Below are positions 9,506 to 19,417 of a stretch of 64,000 nt of DNA, one piece after another; positions within the stretch are counted from its first letter, which is position 1, and every line of letters begins with the position of its first letter. Below the pieces are notes generated by a model. That model was not told the DNA's origin. It saw only the letters and a program-made list of their open reading frames with translations, and made no database searches. A program made the translations under genes and the position numbers. The DNA comes from Candidatus Pacebacteria bacterium CG_4_9_14_0_2_um_filter_40_15. Lineage in GTDB: Bacteria; Patescibacteriota; Microgenomatia; UBA1400; PJMF01. The DNA lies in the NCBI GenBank assembly GCA_002788675.1, contig PFRS01000001.1:106204-170203 (forward strand). The letters are read 5' to 3'.

Positions 9506-10938
9506 GCAGTCGCTTTCTTCACCTCTTGGCCTGTTGAAGTATCCTCAACTAAATAGCCTTGAGCTTGTAATACATCACGAAGTCTATCCGACTCGGCCCA
9601 GTTTTTTTCTTCACGAGCTCGTTTGCGTTCTGCCACAAGTCCCCGAATATTTTCTGGAAGATCTTCTACTGCAAGCACACTTGCACCGAGTCCCTCACTG
9701 GAAAGTGCTTCAAAATTAAACCCTAAAACAGAATCGATACGTTTAAGTAACTGCACTTTCTGAGAATCTGGGAGTGTCGACTTCAAGACTTCCCAAAGTA
9801 CTGCCACAGCTTCTGAGGTATTAAGATCATCGGCAATTGCTGCTTCGAAACGATCTTTCAACTTAGTTGCTTGTTCTGATACTGCAACGTCCGCAGACCC
9901 AGCTGCAAAGAGTTCTGTTGTTTGGTGAACCAATCGCTCGAAGGCTTTTTGTGCTCCTGCAAGAGCTTCCCAAGTGAAATTCAACTCACTACGATAGTGA
10001 GATCCGAGGAAAAGTAAACGCATCGCCTTAGGATGAAAGCCTCGCTGAGTCACATCATCAATAGTAAAGAAATTCCCGAGGGATTTACTCATTTTTTCGT
10101 TATCAACTCGCAAGAAATTATGATGCACCCAGTATTTTACGAATGGTTTTTCTCCGGTCACAGCTTCAGCTTGTGCAATTTCATTAGTGTGATGGACTGG
10201 AATGTGATCTATGCCACCGGTATGAATATCAATCTGATTTCCCAAATACTTCATGCTCATCGCACTACATTCAATGTGCCAGCCAGGGAAACTGCGCTTG
10301 CTCCAAGGACTTGGCCATACCATGGCGCGATTTTCGCCTTCGCGTTCGAATTTCCAGAGGGCGAAATCCGTAGGATTTCGCTTCCCCTCCACAATGCCCA
10401 GACGAGCACCTTCTTTTAATTTTTCAAGATCTAAGCGGGCCAATTTGCCGTAATCATCAAGTTTTGACGTATCGAAATACACCCCATCACCTTCAATTAC
10501 ATACGTATAGCCTTTTTTTTCAAGCTCAAGCACCATATCAAGTTGTTCCCTAATATGTTCAGTTGCACGGCAGCTTACCGTTGGTCGCAGATTTCCCATT
10601 GCGTCCATGCTCTCGAAGAAATACTTCTCGAACTTTAGAGCAACGTCATACACTGTTTGGCCGTATTTTTTAGCACCTTTTTCAAGTTTATCTTCACCAC
10701 TATCGGCATCAGACGCTAAATGGCCAACATCGGTAACATTCTGAACAAACTGCACACTGTAGCCAAAGTACTGAAGCGCTCTAATCAGCACATCATCCAT
10801 AGTGTACTTTCGCAGATGACCTAAATGAGTGAAATCGTAGACCGTGAGTCCACACGCATACAATCCCACAGTTGGAGATGAAAATGGTTCAAACTCCTCT
10901 ATTTTTCTGCTCATGGTATTGTATAAATGAAATTTCAT
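9502..10938 (-). CDS. cysS: Cysteine-tRNA ligase
   Basis: HIGH-type motif HLGHLRKY, KMSKS motif KMSKSLGN and a CysRS zinc-binding core. Confidence 0.9.
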   Translation of the reverse strand: MKFHLYNTMSRKIEEFEPFSSPTVGLYACGLTVYDFTHLGHLRKYTMDDVLIRALQYFGYSVQFVQNVTDVGHLASDADSGEDKLEKGAKKYGQTVYDVALKFEKYFFESMDAMGNLRPTVSCRATEHIREQLDMVLELEKKGYTYVIEGDGVYFDTSKLDDYGKLARLDLEKLKEGARLGIVEGKRNPTDFALWKFEREGENRAMVWPSPWSKRSFPGWHIECSAMSMKYLGNQIDIHTGGIDHIPVHHTNEIAQAEAVTGEKPFVKYWVHHNFLRVDNEKMSKSLGNFFTIDDVTQRGFHPKAMRLLFLGSHYRSELNFTWEALAGAQKAFERLVHQTTELFAAGSADVAVSEQATKLKDRFEAAIADDLNTSEAVAVLWEVLKSTLPDSQKVQLLKRIDSVLGFNFEALSSEGLGASVLAVEDLPENIRGLVAERKRAREEKNWAESDRLRDVLQAQGYLVEDTSTGQEVKKATA

Positions 10939-11125
10939 GCTTGTCCTATCTTTCGTGCGTTGTCTTTGTTATAGAGCACTTTGGCTCTGTACTTCAAGAT
11001 ATAAAAAAACCGACTTGGAGTCGGTTTGCACGTTCACACACTCCAAGTATTTTTTACTTAGTTGTACAACAACAATTGAGTGATGTGAGATGCTTCTTCA
11101 TAGTGAAAGTATAACATCTCTCTGC

Positions 11126-11734
11126 TTAATTAATATCCCCAGGCCCACCTAAAGTCTTGCGTTTATCTTGAAGTCGCTGGGTCGTTTGCTGTTTTTGACT
11201 GCCGCCTTGTTTTGCTCCTTTTTGAGGACTTGAAGGCATAATAACCTGGCTTTGGGCAGCCTCTTCTTGCTGTTTGCGTTGAGCTGCTTCTTGTTCGAGC
11301 ATTTTTTTACGTTGCTGCTCTTCTTGATATTTTTGACGAGCGTATGCCTGCTGCTCCTGGTCGAGTTTTTGGTAATTCTGATGAATAATTTTAAGTTTTT
11401 CCTTTTCTTCAGGACTAAGCGTTGAAGGTTCAATACCAAACAACGTGGCAAAACTAAATAACGCTTTCATTTCTTTAAGAAGATCACCCCCCATGCGTTT
11501 TACTTCATCACCAATCGTTCCCATTTCCCTCGGTTGTTGGGTTGCCTGTTTCTGAGCAGCGGCCTGCGCCATCTGCTGTGGTGAAATTTGAGATGCTTGT
11601 TGAGAAGTTGCCTTTTGAGATGCTGCTTGCTGCATTGCAGCTTCATCCATGTGCTCGGACATTCCGCCCGGGCTAGCATTAAAACCACCACTTGGGCGCA
11701 TTTGAGTTCCACTGGGTTTCGGTCCACCGGGCAT
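11126..11734 (-). CDS. Low-complexity Gln/Glu/Ala-rich hypothetical protein
   Basis: A 202 aa ORF with long Q/A/E-rich stretches that look coiled-coil. Confidence 0.4.
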   Translation of the reverse strand: MPGGPKPSGTQMRPSGGFNASPGGMSEHMDEAAMQQAASQKATSQQASQISPQQMAQAAAQKQATQQPREMGTIGDEVKRMGGDLLKEMKALFSFATLFGIEPSTLSPEEKEKLKIIHQNYQKLDQEQQAYARQKYQEEQQRKKMLEQEAAQRKQQEEAAQSQVIMPSSPQKGAKQGGSQKQQTTQRLQDKRKTLGGPGDIN

Positions 11735-11755
11735 TATTGCTCTCTCTTCTATTAA

Positions 11756-12142
11756 TTAAATTTTGTCGTGATCAAGCTGAGTAATCTCAAAACCTGCTGA
11801 CGCCTCTTCAGCCGTTTTTGTTTCTACTACCTTTTCTTCTTCTTGCTGCACTCTTGCTTGGTAGGCAGGGGTTTGTGTAAGTGTCTTTAACAACTCTTTT
11901 TGCTTGACCAATTGCTCTGCATCTTCGATATTTTGTTCAGCTTTGATTTCTTCAAACTCTGCACGCTTTTGAGCGAGTTCCTCTTCGGTTAGTTCACCTG
12001 GTTTTGAAGGCTCTGCCGCCGGCTTACTTCCACCTGCTGCTCCACCACCCCCAGAATCTTTAAGAAGTTCTTCCAGAATATCTAGCGGGTTTTTATCATC
12101 GGCAGCTGGTGCTGCTGTTGGTTGTTGGGTATCGTCTGTCAT
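11756..12142 (-). CDS. Acidic hypothetical protein
   Basis: A 128 aa E/D-rich ORF with a Gly run. Confidence 0.4.
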   Translation of the reverse strand: MTDDTQQPTAAPAADDKNPLDILEELLKDSGGGGAAGGSKPAAEPSKPGELTEEELAQKRAEFEEIKAEQNIEDAEQLVKQKELLKTLTQTPAYQARVQQEEEKVVETKTAEEASAGFEITQLDHDKI

Positions 12143-12235
12143 TTTCTGCTTTCTACTTATTCATACAAAGGAAGGACGATGGAAACGTCCTACCTTCAAG
12201 ATACTCTAGATACACTATAGAAATCAAGGTCGAGA

Positions 12236-12604
12236 CTACATAATCGGCTCAACTGCTTCAACTTCTAGTACGTCTAAAACTTCATTTCTTCTGTGTCTCT
12301 GCACAGTCTTTCTCTTTTCATATCGCTTGCGCAGCTGACGCGCTGCGCTTTCGGTAGCAGCAACAATTGCATCGTACATATTGACTGCATGTTTTTTAAT
12401 AACAATGTTCCTTCCCGGAATTTCAACTAAAAAGGTAACTACGTTTGAGAGTGGGTCGTTAGACTTTTTCTCAATTGTCTCGAGGTGAACACGAACATTT
12501 TTGGCATTCTTGTTCAGTTTGACAATTTTGCGAGTTTGTTTTTCGATAAAGGAACGAAGTGCTTTCGTTACTTTCATGCGTTTGGACTCGACAATGACTG
12601 TCAT
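12236..12604 (-). CDS. hpf: Ribosome hibernation promoting factor / RaiA family
   Basis: MTVIVESKRMKVTKALRSFIEKQTRKI followed by YDAIVAATESAARQLRKRYEKRK matches the HPF/YfiA fold pattern. The likely start is 12604 rather than 12625. Confidence 0.7.
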   Translation of the reverse strand: MTVIVESKRMKVTKALRSFIEKQTRKIVKLNKNAKNVRVHLETIEKKSNDPLSNVVTFLVEIPGRNIVIKKHAVNMYDAIVAATESAARQLRKRYEKRKTVQRHRRNEVLDVLEVEAVEPIM

Positions 12605-12651
12605 AGGTGCCCCTTTCCATCTCACAAAGTGAGATTGTTACTTGAACAAGC

Positions 12652-12692
12652 CAAATTACAAAAAACCGCCCTTCCTCTAAGAGGAATTGCGG
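12652..12692 (-). terminator. Probable intrinsic terminator downstream of recR
   Basis: An imperfect hairpin, ccgcaattcctc...gaggaagggcgg, is followed by tttttt on the minus strand. Confidence 0.4.
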
Positions 12693-12827
12693 TTTGAAAA
12701 CTATGTAATTTGACTTGCGTCATCTACCTTTAATACTACCGAATAAAACCAAAATGTCAAGAAATCATACTAGACCCAAAGACGTCAAAAGAGTGAGCTA
12801 CTTTGTTCCATTTATATAGAGAAAATA

Positions 12828-13445
12828 TTAGAGTTTGCGTCTGCCTTCAAGTGCTCGAGTAAGCGTCATACCATCAGCATACTCAATGTCGGCACCAATC
12901 GGTAATCCGTGACCAATACGACTAATTGATGTGCCCTCAGCGCCAAGTTTACCCTGTTGTTGCAAATATTCAGTAATGTAGAGTGCTGTGGCCTCACCCT
13001 CCATGGTTGGATTCGTTGCTAAAACAACTTCTTCAACAAATTCAAGACGTTTAGAAATATCATGTAAATACAGTTGATCCGGACCAATGTTGCTTAAGGG
13101 AGCAATAACGCCATGCAATACATGGTATCGGCCATTAAAAGCCCCAGACCGTTCAATTGCTAAGACATCAAGAGGTTGCTCAACCACGCAAAGAAGTGTG
13201 TCATCACGTGAATGATCCGCGCACACCGGACAGGGATTTGACTCACTTACGTTGTGGCAAATTTCACAGAGAATCGTATTTTTTTTAAGCTTCAGCAAGT
13301 TGGCAGCAAAGGTTTCTAGTTCATGATCTGGATTATGTAACAAATAAAAAACTAACCTTTGTGCCGATTTTGGACCCACACCAGGTAGTTTCTCAAAACT
13401 GGTAACTAAATCACTGACTGCTCGAGGAAGTTTCATGCCACTCAT
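12828..13445 (-). CDS. recR: Recombination protein RecR
   Basis: An HhH motif LPGVGPKSAQRL, a C4 zinc finger CEICHNV...CPVC and a Toprim domain. Confidence 0.9.
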   Translation of the reverse strand: MSGMKLPRAVSDLVTSFEKLPGVGPKSAQRLVFYLLHNPDHELETFAANLLKLKKNTILCEICHNVSESNPCPVCADHSRDDTLLCVVEQPLDVLAIERSGAFNGRYHVLHGVIAPLSNIGPDQLYLHDISKRLEFVEEVVLATNPTMEGEATALYITEYLQQQGKLGAEGTSISRIGHGLPIGADIEYADGMTLTRALEGRRKL

Positions 13446-13495
13446 AGATATTCTTTGTTTGCTTGCGTTCGATCTTCACATCCTACAAGGAAAAA

Positions 13496-15166
13496 TTATG
13501 TTCGCCTAGAACCAATCCATTTTTTTAATAATGAAAGTTTGCTTTTCTGGGCTGCAACACGATCCTTCAGGCTTGCCGCTTTGTTTCGAGCCGAATCGAA
13601 CGCCATACCTCCCAAAACACGACCTACAACTTTACTACCAACTAAGGTATCTTTGAGATATTGTCCTGGTGACCGGCGTGGCGTCTCTGGCACTTCACCT
13701 TCTTTATTGTATGCATACAACTCAAAGGTATCGAGTGCTTTTTCAAACTCAATTTGTCCTTTATCAAGAATCTCATCGAGATTCACACCAACTGGACCTA
13801 ATAATCCTGGTATAGCAGCCTGACCATCATCTGGTTTTGCACATCTCCCAAAGAATGGCAAAATTGCTCGTAAGAATTGAATTTCGCGTTTACAAAATTG
13901 TGCCATCCGAGGGTCCTTTGAGTTTTTTAGTTCCTCAAATGCTTTGGCAATTTTGACTTCAATATTAGCTGACTTTGACTCGGGCGATTCTAAAAACGCC
14001 TTGAGCGCACCATTATATCCAGCTGCTCTCACAATTGCATGTTCAACCAGTTGGTCTAAACTTCTAATCTCTGAGGATTTCAAATCATCTTCTTTTGCTC
14101 GTTTTGCTGCAAAATCTATCAAATGAAACGTAGATTCTTCAATGGGAATATTATTTGGATGTAGCAGTGAATCCTCTGACAACTGTATTACCGTTTCTTT
14201 TGTGGAAATAGTATCGGGATCTACTTGCGCATCAACCTCTTCAGCATCATTCTCAGAAAAATATCTAAATTCATGATCAAACTCGAACTGAATCAGCGGT
14301 GGTTCAATTCCTAAAAAATGGGCAATCAAATCTGGCATACTCTCGTGCAGATACTGATGGTGAGTCGCCCACCGTCCGATATCATGCAGCAGCATGCGTA
14401 CCTTCATTCGATTCACATCAATCGTTCGATAGTTGCCATCTTCTTGCTTCAAGTAACCAAAAACTTTCGGTGGTAGTTCCTCACCATTCCGATTAGCAAG
14501 CTCAATTCGCTTATTAAGGGGAAGTACCATTTCCTCAACAAAAATTGGCGTAAAAAGCACATGCGTAATCAAACGATGATAGAAGTTTAATTCTTGAGGA
14601 GTGCCAGCGAATGTATCTGGGTTTTCATATCGTGCGACTTGATCCCACGCAGGATAACTATAGATCTGCGCATCTGCACCATACCCATACCTTTTCGCCA
14701 TGTCCCTTTCTCGCTGACGGACACTTTCGGGATATTTTTTCCACACTTCTTCAGGAACTGCCCCACCAAGTGGAGTAAGTCTGAGCACTAACTTTCGCAC
14801 TGCTTCAACCGTTTCATCCGAGACAAGGTGAATACCACCGGAGTCTAGAATATTTGTTTCGTCGAGGACTTTTTTGAGTTCAATTGCAATATATTCTGTC
14901 CGAGCTAAGACACGCAGGCACTCATCTTCACCATAGTATTTCAGGAGATCTCGACCTTCTGAGTCTTTGATTTTCCGTTTTTCTGAACCAGAAAAAATTT
15001 CTGGCAAATGGTCTTGAGAAGCTTTGAATGTTTCTTCAGGTGAAACACCATCCAGAAAAGTAAATGTCTCACGAACGTGCTCGCCAACAGCATGCTCTAC
15101 GGGGACATGTGCATCATCACCGCCAAAAAAATCTTCACCAATCTGGGTAATCTCATGATTATGCAT
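13496..15166 (-). CDS. Large HD-domain phosphohydrolase-like protein
   Basis: A 556 aa ORF with an H...HDIGRW HD motif. No other recognisable domains. Confidence 0.45.
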   Translation of the reverse strand: MHNHEITQIGEDFFGGDDAHVPVEHAVGEHVRETFTFLDGVSPEETFKASQDHLPEIFSGSEKRKIKDSEGRDLLKYYGEDECLRVLARTEYIAIELKKVLDETNILDSGGIHLVSDETVEAVRKLVLRLTPLGGAVPEEVWKKYPESVRQRERDMAKRYGYGADAQIYSYPAWDQVARYENPDTFAGTPQELNFYHRLITHVLFTPIFVEEMVLPLNKRIELANRNGEELPPKVFGYLKQEDGNYRTIDVNRMKVRMLLHDIGRWATHHQYLHESMPDLIAHFLGIEPPLIQFEFDHEFRYFSENDAEEVDAQVDPDTISTKETVIQLSEDSLLHPNNIPIEESTFHLIDFAAKRAKEDDLKSSEIRSLDQLVEHAIVRAAGYNGALKAFLESPESKSANIEVKIAKAFEELKNSKDPRMAQFCKREIQFLRAILPFFGRCAKPDDGQAAIPGLLGPVGVNLDEILDKGQIEFEKALDTFELYAYNKEGEVPETPRRSPGQYLKDTLVGSKVVGRVLGGMAFDSARNKAASLKDRVAAQKSKLSLLKKWIGSRRT

Positions 15167-15195
15167 AGACAGACCTCATTTTACCAATGTGATTG

Positions 15196-15837
15196 CTAGA
15201 TACCAAGGACCGTCTTTACCTTTGTCCAAAGTTCTTCTTGCACTTCTTCAAGCGACTGAGAAGCATCAATAATGTGCCAACGATCATGTGTGTCTGCTTT
15301 TGCTAACTCCAAATAGGCGTCACGGACCTTCACATGGAAATCCATTCCTTCCATGTCCAAGCGATCCATCTTACCAGACTCCACTCTTCTTTGTAGTCCT
15401 AATTCCACTGGTAAATCAAGTAAAAATGTTGCATCTGGGTATGTTTCTTTGGTTGATAAATCGTTGAGTTTCTCAACCATATCTTTCCCGAATCCTCGCA
15501 CCATTCCTTGGTAGACAACAGAACTATCTCGTGAGCGATCGAGAATCACAATTTTTCCAGCTTCAAGTGATGGCAACACAATTTCACGATAAATTTGTGC
15601 GCGAGCAGCTTGAAACAACAAAACTTCAGCCGTAAAGGCAATACCAATGTTTTTAGCCGAAAGAACAACATCGCGAATTTGTTCACTAATCACCGTTCCG
15701 CCTGGTTCACGAAGAACAACCACATCTTTACCAGCCTTTGAGAGACGATCACGTAGCCGCACTATTTGAGTAGTCTTGCCACCACCCTCACCACCTTCTA
15801 AGGTAATAAGCAGTCCCTTATGTTTTTTCTCTGACAT
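15196..15837 (-). CDS. tmk: Thymidylate kinase
   Basis: P-loop LITLEGGEGGGKTTQ plus a DRSRDS lid region. Confidence 0.85.
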   Translation of the reverse strand: MSEKKHKGLLITLEGGEGGGKTTQIVRLRDRLSKAGKDVVVLREPGGTVISEQIRDVVLSAKNIGIAFTAEVLLFQAARAQIYREIVLPSLEAGKIVILDRSRDSSVVYQGMVRGFGKDMVEKLNDLSTKETYPDATFLLDLPVELGLQRRVESGKMDRLDMEGMDFHVKVRDAYLELAKADTHDRWHIIDASQSLEEVQEELWTKVKTVLGI

Positions 15838-15881
15838 ACCAATCCTTCATTTTTGTATGTGATACGTTTCTTTTGGTTAGC

Positions 15882-16679
15882 CTAGTTAGTATACAGATTT
15901 CCCTTTGCTTTCTCTAATTCAGTTGTGAGTCCACCTGCCGCACCACTAGCTTTTAATGCACCTTCTATCACAGCTAAATTATCGGCAGAGTTTGTCCAGT
16001 CAACTAATTGTCGATAGTGGGGTTGCCAATCTGATGGCACTAATGTTCTATTAACTGCTTTACGAATCATGCGAGTGCCTCTTTCAAGGTGTTGGTACTT
16101 TAACACCAACTCTTCATCAACCAGTTTTCTGCCTAATACAGGACAATCTTCTGAATACAAAACTGGATTCCTATTTGAGAGTACTTTATCCACGGTAACA
16201 GACATACTTCCAAATGTTACATACGGAACCGGCATGTGCATACCAATTGAAGCTAATCTATTCATTACCTCTGGCACCGCTGAAACTGGAGTATCTATTG
16301 AATCCATGATAACTGGTTCAAGATTCTCAAGAGCTGCAGAGTGACTCCCATACCCATTTGCAGTATGAATGGTCGAAAGCATATCGACATTTGGCGCGTA
16401 TGTTTCTAACCATGAAAAATAAAACACAGCAATATCATTAAACTCACCTTGTGTGTCTGCCAAGTTATAGTTAGGGGTACCATGCTTTTCCTGTTCATCG
16501 GCATACTCAATCAACTCACCAATAGCGAGTTGTAACAAAAATTCCGGGGGAGCAAAACGATCAACTGCCTCAAGCAGATTTGCTTGCTTACGCATTGCCG
16601 TTACTCTGTTTCTAGCTTGTTCAAATGGATGTGGCATGTTGCTGATTCTCCCTATCAAAAAGTGTAATTGAGTACCCAT
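15882..16679 (-). CDS. Hypothetical protein
   Basis: A 265 aa ORF of unknown function. Its true start is probably MPHPF near 16636 to avoid the overlap. Confidence 0.4.
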   Translation of the reverse strand: MGTQLHFLIGRISNMPHPFEQARNRVTAMRKQANLLEAVDRFAPPEFLLQLAIGELIEYADEQEKHGTPNYNLADTQGEFNDIAVFYFSWLETYAPNVDMLSTIHTANGYGSHSAALENLEPVIMDSIDTPVSAVPEVMNRLASIGMHMPVPYVTFGSMSVTVDKVLSNRNPVLYSEDCPVLGRKLVDEELVLKYQHLERGTRMIRKAVNRTLVPSDWQPHYRQLVDWTNSADNLAVIEGALKASGAAGGLTTELEKAKGNLYTN

Positions 16680-17667
16680 GTTGCGCTGCTAACACATCAA
16701 TCTCTTGCCGTTGTGCACCAACAAGCAGCTCTAAAAATGCCAATACTTGTACCCCTACCATATGTGCATAGGCAAACTGCTCCAGTGTTTGTTGCTCGAC
16801 TGTCTCCTCCGGTGCTGTTTCAACAGCAATAATAAGTTCTGTTGGAATAATATCTTCTACGGCATCTGATAATAACGTCAATGTATCTTGGAAATACTCC
16901 TGCATCTGTTGCCAAGCCCCGCCTAAACCTGCATCCATATATACTTCTAAATGTTGGTGTAAATCTTCAACTATTTGTTGCACTAACTCAAGTTGAGCCG
17001 TATACAGAAGTTGATCCTGCAAGTTTAAAACAGCAATTCCAGAAATATGACCCAGTTCTGCTCCGACTTGAAATACTGACTCTTTATACCAGGCTGTAAA
17101 CTCACCTTCAGATGACCAAGAAAGCTCCGAGGGATCAGCCGATGCCTCTAGCTGACGCTTGAAATTCGTAGGCTTACCCATCTTAATCATAGAATCAACT
17201 GATGAGTAAGCCGAAGAAGTTCCCACCACATCACTTGATATAACTAGAACATTTTCACCATCAAAGGCATCACTAAATGATTCTACTTTATTCACAGATT
17301 CAATAACAGGATTTTCATTACTTTCAGTTTCACCTATCTGAGGATATGCCCAGACAGGTACTCCCTCGTACTCACCAATAAAAACAGGCTCTTTGAGAGC
17401 CATGTCACCATTATAAATATACGCATTAAAATACTCTTGAATCTCTTCTGGTGTTGATACGCCTTCAAGGCCAGGCCCTTTAAGATCAAAACTAAGTTCA
17501 CTCATATGAGCAAATGAAAAGTCGTTCAATGCCCAAGAAAAAATTACGGCCTTCCTAACACTTGAGGTTGCAAAAACAATTCTGTCAGGTTGCTCGCCCT
17601 TCCACACAGATTCTTCTGTTGAAAGACCAAAATGATTCCGGATTTCTCTACTCGCTAAGGTTGACAT
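16621..17667 (-). CDS. Hypothetical acidic protein
   Basis: A 348 aa ORF of unknown function that lies between tmk and dut. Confidence 0.45.
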   Translation of the reverse strand: MSTLASREIRNHFGLSTEESVWKGEQPDRIVFATSSVRKAVIFSWALNDFSFAHMSELSFDLKGPGLEGVSTPEEIQEYFNAYIYNGDMALKEPVFIGEYEGVPVWAYPQIGETESNENPVIESVNKVESFSDAFDGENVLVISSDVVGTSSAYSSVDSMIKMGKPTNFKRQLEASADPSELSWSSEGEFTAWYKESVFQVGAELGHISGIAVLNLQDQLLYTAQLELVQQIVEDLHQHLEVYMDAGLGGAWQQMQEYFQDTLTLLSDAVEDIIPTELIIAVETAPEETVEQQTLEQFAYAHMVGVQVLAFLELLVGAQRQEIDVLAAQHGYSITLFDRENQQHATSI

Positions 17668-17845
17668 ACTTGTCTATGAAACCACAACATGTAGTGCTTT
17701 ATCAACCCGTAAGTAACCACATTTTGCGCTAACCATACAATGAAAAAATGCAGCACGGGTATAAAAAGCAAAATTGAGTACTAAATATGTATTTTAAGAA
17801 AAAAGAGCTCATGCAAATACTTGAGAAAACGAAAAAATCAGAAAT

Positions 17846-18289
17846 TTATTTTCGACCAGTAGTACCGAAACCTCCGCGATCGGCATCTTCAAATGAATCA
17901 TTTTCCGATAACTCAACCACCGGACGTTTAAGAATAATCATCTGAACTACACGTTCAGCCCTTTCAATAACCACATCTTCACCTGTAAAATTAAAAACCG
18001 CTGCCTTGTATTCGTCATTTGGACCACGATAGTCATAGTCACCTACTCCAATACCATTCGCTAACATAAGTCCACGTTTGTGCAATGAACTACGTGCAGA
18101 TACCAGCGCCCAATGATCTTCGGGTAATTGTAGGGCAATATTGAGTGGGATGTAGCCGATTGAGCTTGCCTTAATGACTGTTTCTTCTCGCGCATAGAGA
18201 TCAAATGCAGCAGCGCCCTTCGTTTTATATTCAGGGACTGGTAACGAAGTATCAAATCGTTTAAATGTTACTTTTAGAGACTGTTTCAT
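17846..18289 (-). CDS. dut: dUTP diphosphatase
   Basis: dUTPase motifs AAFDL, RSSL and GVGDYDYRG. Confidence 0.85.
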   Translation of the reverse strand: MKQSLKVTFKRFDTSLPVPEYKTKGAAAFDLYAREETVIKASSIGYIPLNIALQLPEDHWALVSARSSLHKRGLMLANGIGVGDYDYRGPNDEYKAAVFNFTGEDVVIERAERVVQMIILKRPVVELSENDSFEDADRGGFGTTGRK

Positions 18290-18795
18290 TGCATGACCTC
18301 ATACTCAAAAACTTTTGTTTGGTCTGACAAATTATGGACAAGTGAAAGTTGAAGCTTAGCGGAAACAGCTTCGTTAAACAACGTAACACCGGTGCCAAAA
18401 ATAACTGGTTCATGGGTAAGTAGGAGTGTATCTATAACTCCTGCATTCATAAAAAGTGTGTAAATAGATGATCCGCCAGTAATTAAGACTTCTTCAATTC
18501 CTCTTTTTGCGAGGTCGGCAATTAATTCCTTTGGAGCAAGAGAAACTACCTCAATATCATTGTTGTACGCATTTTCAACTTCTAAACTGCGTGAGTACAC
18601 ATACATCTTTCGACCTTTCATCTGCCTGTTAAAGGTAGCAAATGTTTTTGAGCCAACAATCATATGTCCTGCATGCTTGGCGCGTTCTCGAAAAAAGAGA
18701 GAGTCTTCTTTACTCGTCCACCGAGTAGAAAGATGAGCGTCATCTTTAGCTATAAATCCATCTGCAGTCAATGCTGCTATAAGTGTAACTTTCAT
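18286..18795 (-). CDS. folA: Dihydrofolate reductase family protein
   Basis: MKVTLIAALTADGFIA and GSKTF match the DHFR/RibD C-terminal family. The ORF overlaps dut by 4 nt. Confidence 0.65.
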   Translation of the reverse strand: MKVTLIAALTADGFIAKDDAHLSTRWTSKEDSLFFRERAKHAGHMIVGSKTFATFNRQMKGRKMYVYSRSLEVENAYNNDIEVVSLAPKELIADLAKRGIEEVLITGGSSIYTLFMNAGVIDTLLLTHEPVIFGTGVTLFNEAVSAKLQLSLVHNLSDQTKVFEYEVMQ

Positions 18796-18847
18796 ACGTG
18801 TACTCTACCATAAATTCTCTATCAAAACGATTTGAGGGTGTGTTAGG

Positions 18848-19417
18848 ATGGTTTCTATGAACGAAGAAAAAATGATCTCAAGCTATGCTCAGATTGCAGA
18901 TCTAGTTACCACTTACCGGAAAGCACATAAAAAAATTGTGCTCACACAAGGCTCTTTCGACATGCTCCACATTGGGCACGGTAGGTACTTAAGCACGGCC
19001 AAAACCTATGGTGATGTATTGTTTGTAGGAATAGATTCAGACGAGAAAATTCGCTCACGAAAAGGTCCGGATAGGCCAGTTGTTCCTGAAGATGAACGTC
19101 TGGAAATGGTCACCTATATCTCAGCAGTTGACCATGCGGTAATCAAGCAACTCGATAAACCAAAATGGGAACTAATCAAAATAATAAAACCCGATGTCCT
19201 TATTGCAACTCGTGAAACATATAGTCCAAAAAAAATTGCTGAACTTGAAAAAATCTGTGGGAAAGTAGTTGTTCTCGAGCCAATGGCCACTACCTCCACC
19301 AGCGCAAAACTGCGACTTGTCCAGTTAGGTATGGCAAAAAAAATAGGCAAAACGCTCTCAGACAGAATGATTGCTACTATGGAAGAAGTCATTGAAGAAT
19401 TAAAGGCGCTCCGGTAA
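18848..19417 (+). CDS. Cytidylyltransferase-like nucleotidyltransferase (TagD/RfaE domain II-like)
   Basis: HxGH motif in TQGSFDMLHIGHGRYL, plus ISAVDH and KPDVL motifs. Confidence 0.6.
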   Translation: MVSMNEEKMISSYAQIADLVTTYRKAHKKIVLTQGSFDMLHIGHGRYLSTAKTYGDVLFVGIDSDEKIRSRKGPDRPVVPEDERLEMVTYISAVDHAVIKQLDKPKWELIKIIKPDVLIATRETYSPKKIAELEKICGKVVVLEPMATTSTSAKLRLVQLGMAKKIGKTLSDRMIATMEEVIEELKALR

